Shown: positions 59,599 to 64,000 of the stretch, in pieces
Numbering within the stretch: position 1 is the first letter of the stretch
Layout: each line of letters begins with the position of its first letter
Source: the human T2T-CHM13v2.0 reference genome, Homo sapiens
DNA: 64,000 nt
Assembly: GCF_009914755.1 (NCBI RefSeq)
Contig: NC_060945.1
Direction: 5' to 3' (one strand)
Translations under genes and position numbers: made by a program
Notes under the pieces: generated by a model
Database searches by the model: none
Told to the model about the DNA's origin: nothing
What the model saw: the letters and a program-made list of their open reading frames with translations, nothing else

Positions 59599-62109
59599 AT
59601 TCAAGTGACTGCCTTTCTTTCTCTCTTTATTTTACCTGATGTTAGAGGTGACTGTGAGCCAGGTGTCTATTTCTTTCTCTTAGGAGTCAGAGATGTAACA
59701 CATTGTCTTCTGTTAGGAGCTTTTTTGCTGAGAGTGAGAGATCCATTTTCAGCCATGCTTGCCTCATTTGGAGAGTCCTAAGTGCTGGCTGGCGATGGCA
59801 ACGTATTTTCTTCTTATCATGGGAATAGAGCCCTGTATCCTCGGGTGCCAAAGACAGAAGTTTCCCTGGGGAATTATGACTGATTCAGGAGAACAAAATG
59901 GGAGAAGGTGATGCATTTGTGTTTGGAGCATCCCCAGATTTACTCAGCAGACCCATTTCAGATCTCCAAAGGGGACACTCTAGCCTGTTATAGGCCATTC
60001 TGCAGCTTACCTGCAGTGCTCTGCACCTGTGTGGCTCCAGGGTACTGGCACCCTCTCTAAACTCCCCAACTTCCTCTATGCTGTGATTTGCCACGTGGTA
60101 GGGTTATTTATTGCAACCTGTAGCAATTTAGAGAAGCTATCAGGCTTCTCTTCCATTCCACCTTCTCCCATGCAAACCTTGCAGGTAAACTGTTCTGTAA
60201 ATCCCGAAGTAGTTTTGTAGGCAGTGAGGAGAGGTCCATCCCATAGAGAGGACCTCACCGCCACTGATTTGGGAGCCAGTTGGTTGGGTGGGTACCCTCC
60301 TTGGGAGACACTTGTGGCTTTTGTTTGCACTTTTCCACATGATAACGTGATGTGTAAGTCACATCTCATCTTCAACCTCCTGAGATGTTTGAGATGCTCC
60401 ACGACTGCTGTCGTACACAGTGGGACATTGCATGTCTTTCCTTTGCCAGCTCCTTAACAAAGGGTCAAGGTGGAGCATGAAGAATAATGGGAAAAGGGGT
60501 GAGGGATGACATCGTATGTGTGCACATGTGTGTGCATGGGTGTGTGGATGTAAGGGATGGTGTGAGTGAGGCATGGGCAAGGCAATGACTGCAGGTGGAT
60601 GTGCCGCTGTTCCTGCGGCAGGGCCCCGTTTATTGTCAGGAAGGCACAGGTCAAGAAACACTGGCATGCTTGGGTGATTTACTGTCTCAAAAATCCCTCT
60701 GAAAGTGTGCATATTTTCTTGTGTAAGGAAATCTCTCCTGCCAGACAATTCCCTGCAGTCGTTAGAGACAGGGAAAACTCATAGATTCTGATGAATTTCC
60801 AATCATCAGAGAGCTAAACAGGATCACTTTGGCCCTGATAACCAGCGAGGACTCTGAGGGGCTCCTGATGCTGTGGTCCCTACTGAAAAGAGGACCACAG
60901 GCTGAGGGGACACTCCAGGAAAAGCTTCCTGAGACAGCAGAGATATGAATGCCACAGAAATCAGATGGGTCTCCATGTAGTCTTCTTTGGCGTTCCCTTA
61001 AGCTACCAATGTAAAGTAAGCCAGGAACAAAACAAACACTTACATATTTTGGATCAATTTCACCACACCTCATACTTCAAGCACCTCCATCCTCTGAATA
61101 GTTCACCTAAAGGAAGTAGGGGCACTGTCTATACTGGCTGCACTCTGGCCAGTGCTGTCCCAACGCTGACCCCTCTGGAAGCTAATCTGGCTTATAATGA
61201 GGATGCTTTCTTTAGAGGGGACTCTCCATGCACAGCAGAAAATCCCAATGGAGTGGTTCTTCCCTATGTCCCCAAGGGACTGGGAATATTCTTTCAGTAA
61301 CAATGGCCCATTGGGGGAAGAAGGATGAAAGTGGGGTGAGAGACGTGAAATTTGGAGAGGTCCCTCAAAGATTGTGATGTGCCTCTCTTGTTCCAATCAC
61401 AGGACAGGGGTATAATGGCTTTCCTTTGAAACACGGGGATGAATTTAACTATTCACTTCCCAGGTAGATTCATCAGGGTCTAGAGCTTCAGCTAACAGCA
61501 TGAGGAAGATTCCAAATGTGCCCCCATCAGCATAGGAACTGGGTATGTTGAGTCTATGGTCTCATAAAACCAGAAGAAGGACAAGGGATTGTGGCTCCAG
61601 GCTTGGGAGCACCTTTTCCTTACCATGGGCTACAGTATTTATTTAGGGTAAAGGAAGGAAACTCCTGAGGTGCTATGGGGTGCCAGCAATTTGGAGCATC
61701 AGTAATTCAATGTCCCTTCAGCCATGTGTATTCAACTCCTGCTGTGGGTGTGGACTTGGTGCAGTGGCTGCAAAGCAGGACAGTCCTTGTCAAGGTGCTG
61801 TCAGTCTGGTGGGGAAGGGACGAGGATAAGCAGATGCTGGAATGGAAGGAGGGGCACAGCACGGCAGATCATGGAGAATCAATCACTCAAGTCTTCTCCA
61901 GGTGCAGCCATGCCCGGCAGTGCACTGAAGGCTGACAGGAGTTCCTGGGTAAATAAGGGTGGTGGTTGGTGAAGAAGTGTCTGGGCAAAGTCCTTGAGAA
62001 GGAGGTGCACAACTTTGCCATCCCAGAGGCTGAATTTATCATTGCACTTCAGCCTGGGGGATGTGACTCTGCTCTCTGAACTTGGGGAGGCCAGGAGGCA
62101 AGAACCCAA

Positions 62110-62330
62110 GTATTTGAGACTTGAAACTGGATCCATCTTTGACTTACAGTCAGTCAAGTGACTACAGAGAAGTTACCTACCTCAAGTAGCCAGTTTCTTT
62201 AACAGCAAAGTGATGATAAAATCTTTGTGGTAAGGTGGTTGGCAAAGTGTTAGGAATTTAGAATGAGGCAAAATGCATGAGTGTCTGGCTCAGTGTAGGT
62301 GTCTAATAAATGTAAGCTGTCATTATTGAT
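62110..62330 (+). mobile_element. MIR
   Basis: cagtttctttaac..aaagtgatgataa.. tgtctggctcagtgtagg..taataaatgtaagctgtcatt. Confidence 0.6.
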
Positions 62331-62899
62331 AAACCAGTGTGGTAAAGAGTCAACCATAGCTTCCCTTATCAACATGCAACACACAACACTTCACTCAACT
62401 GAAGCCATGGGACTCAGTTTCCCTTGGCTACAGCCAGTTGGACCAGTGGTAGGCACTTGACTCAAGGGGTGGGCTCAGCCTGTCTGAATATTTCTCTAGT
62501 GATTCTGAATTAACCTTCATGGGAGCTGAGCCAGTTAAGGTGAGGGAGATGTTGAGCTGGGACAAGGCTGGTGTGGTGACAGGTAAAAGTTGCAAAAAAG
62601 GTTTTAAAAAACTTTTTTTTTTTTTCAAGGAGCTGCAAAAGCCCATGTGGAGACAGGTGCAGGAAGAAGGAGAGGACTTGAGACTCAAGGTACATGAGCC
62701 CATGAGAGATGAAGAGGTAGCCTAGGTTGAGTTAGTCATTTGGTAGCAATGAATAGAAACCCACTCATACTAGCTAAAAAAAGAGAGAATTATTCAGGTC
62801 TCACAGACATCCAAGAATAGAACATCCAAGACACCCAAGAAAAGAACAGAACACCATGGGCAGGCAGAATTATATTAGATTTATAAATAAACTAGGGCA

Positions 62900-63270
62900 C
62901 AGTGGGGAAGAATTGACGTCTTTATATTATTGTTTTTATAGCATTTTATGACGTTTGGTGGTTTTGTAGTTTTCTTCATATAGGTCTTGCACATTTCTTT
63001 TTGTTCTATTTCTAAGTGTTTCATAGTTTTTGTTGTCCTTGTAAGCACGATATTTTTCCAAAGCATTCTCTAGTAGGTGTTGCTGTTATCTCAAAGAACT
63101 ACTGATTTCTGTAGATTTAGCTCTGTAACCATTCATCTTACTGAACTACATTCCTGATCATTTTCCAGTGAATATTTTTGGATTTCCAGGTCCTATCACT
63201 TGCAAATAACAATAATTTTGTCTCTTCTTTCCGACTACTTTCAATTCCTTTTCTTTATTCTGTCTCATCT
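62900..63270 (-). mobile_element. Old L1M ORF2 fragment
   Basis: gttttcttcatataggtcttgcacattt and gcaaataacaataattttg are typical antisense L1M. Confidence 0.65.
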
Positions 63271-63639
63271 TCCTGTGTGTTGAGGGAGGCTTGGGCATGA
63301 TTTCAGTCTCAACAGTTATAGTGACAGACCATCTCACGGGTTGTCATTTGCATGGGTCAGCTATTTTGGGTTGATTGATTTTAACTTCATAAGATCATCT
63401 TTTCTCAAGTTTTATGAGTCTCTTATTGTACCTTTGAATGCACACATTTTATAGACTGTGGAGATTAACCTAAATAAATTAGTATAATTGTAAGGGGAGA
63501 TTGAACAGGAAGAGTTTAGGGTTAGGGCTTATTTAGGATTTGCGTTTAAGATGAGGATTCACACAAATGTCATGTTTAGGAGATTTCACTTGATTACAGC
63601 TCAAATCGTGGACAATCAAGGTAGAGTCCCTTGGTCACT

Positions 63640-64000
<361 letters not shown>

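Overview
Primate (almost certainly human) genomic DNA covering most of the PCP4 (PEP-19, Purkinje cell protein 4) gene on the + strand. Exon 1 (codons M-S-E) lies upstream of the window. The window holds >28.6 kb of intron 1, the 52-nt exon 2 (28631-28682), a 30,508-nt intron 2 and the last exon (from 59191; stop at 59316-59318; AATAAA at 59574). About 4.4 kb of 3' flank follows. The rest is non-coding and rich in repeats: Alus, L1 fragments, a solo HERV-K LTR13A, MaLR/ERVL LTRs, DNA-transposon MITEs, MIRs and microsatellites. None of the supplied ORFs looks like a real gene. The most notable observations are: (1) a TSD-bounded chimera of an L1 3' end and an oppositely oriented 5S rRNA 5' fragment, with a geometry suggesting twin priming on two different RNAs; (2) a 58-codon +1-frame ORF overlapping PCP4, also reachable by exon-2 skipping, with exon 2 bracketed by inverted Alus; (3) a half-Alu ~96% identical to a neighbouring inverted Alu and preceded by reiterated linker sequence; (4) an ~870-nt GU tract followed by an adjacent CRE + NBRE pair. 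Repeat family names come from remembered consensus sequences, not from a search.
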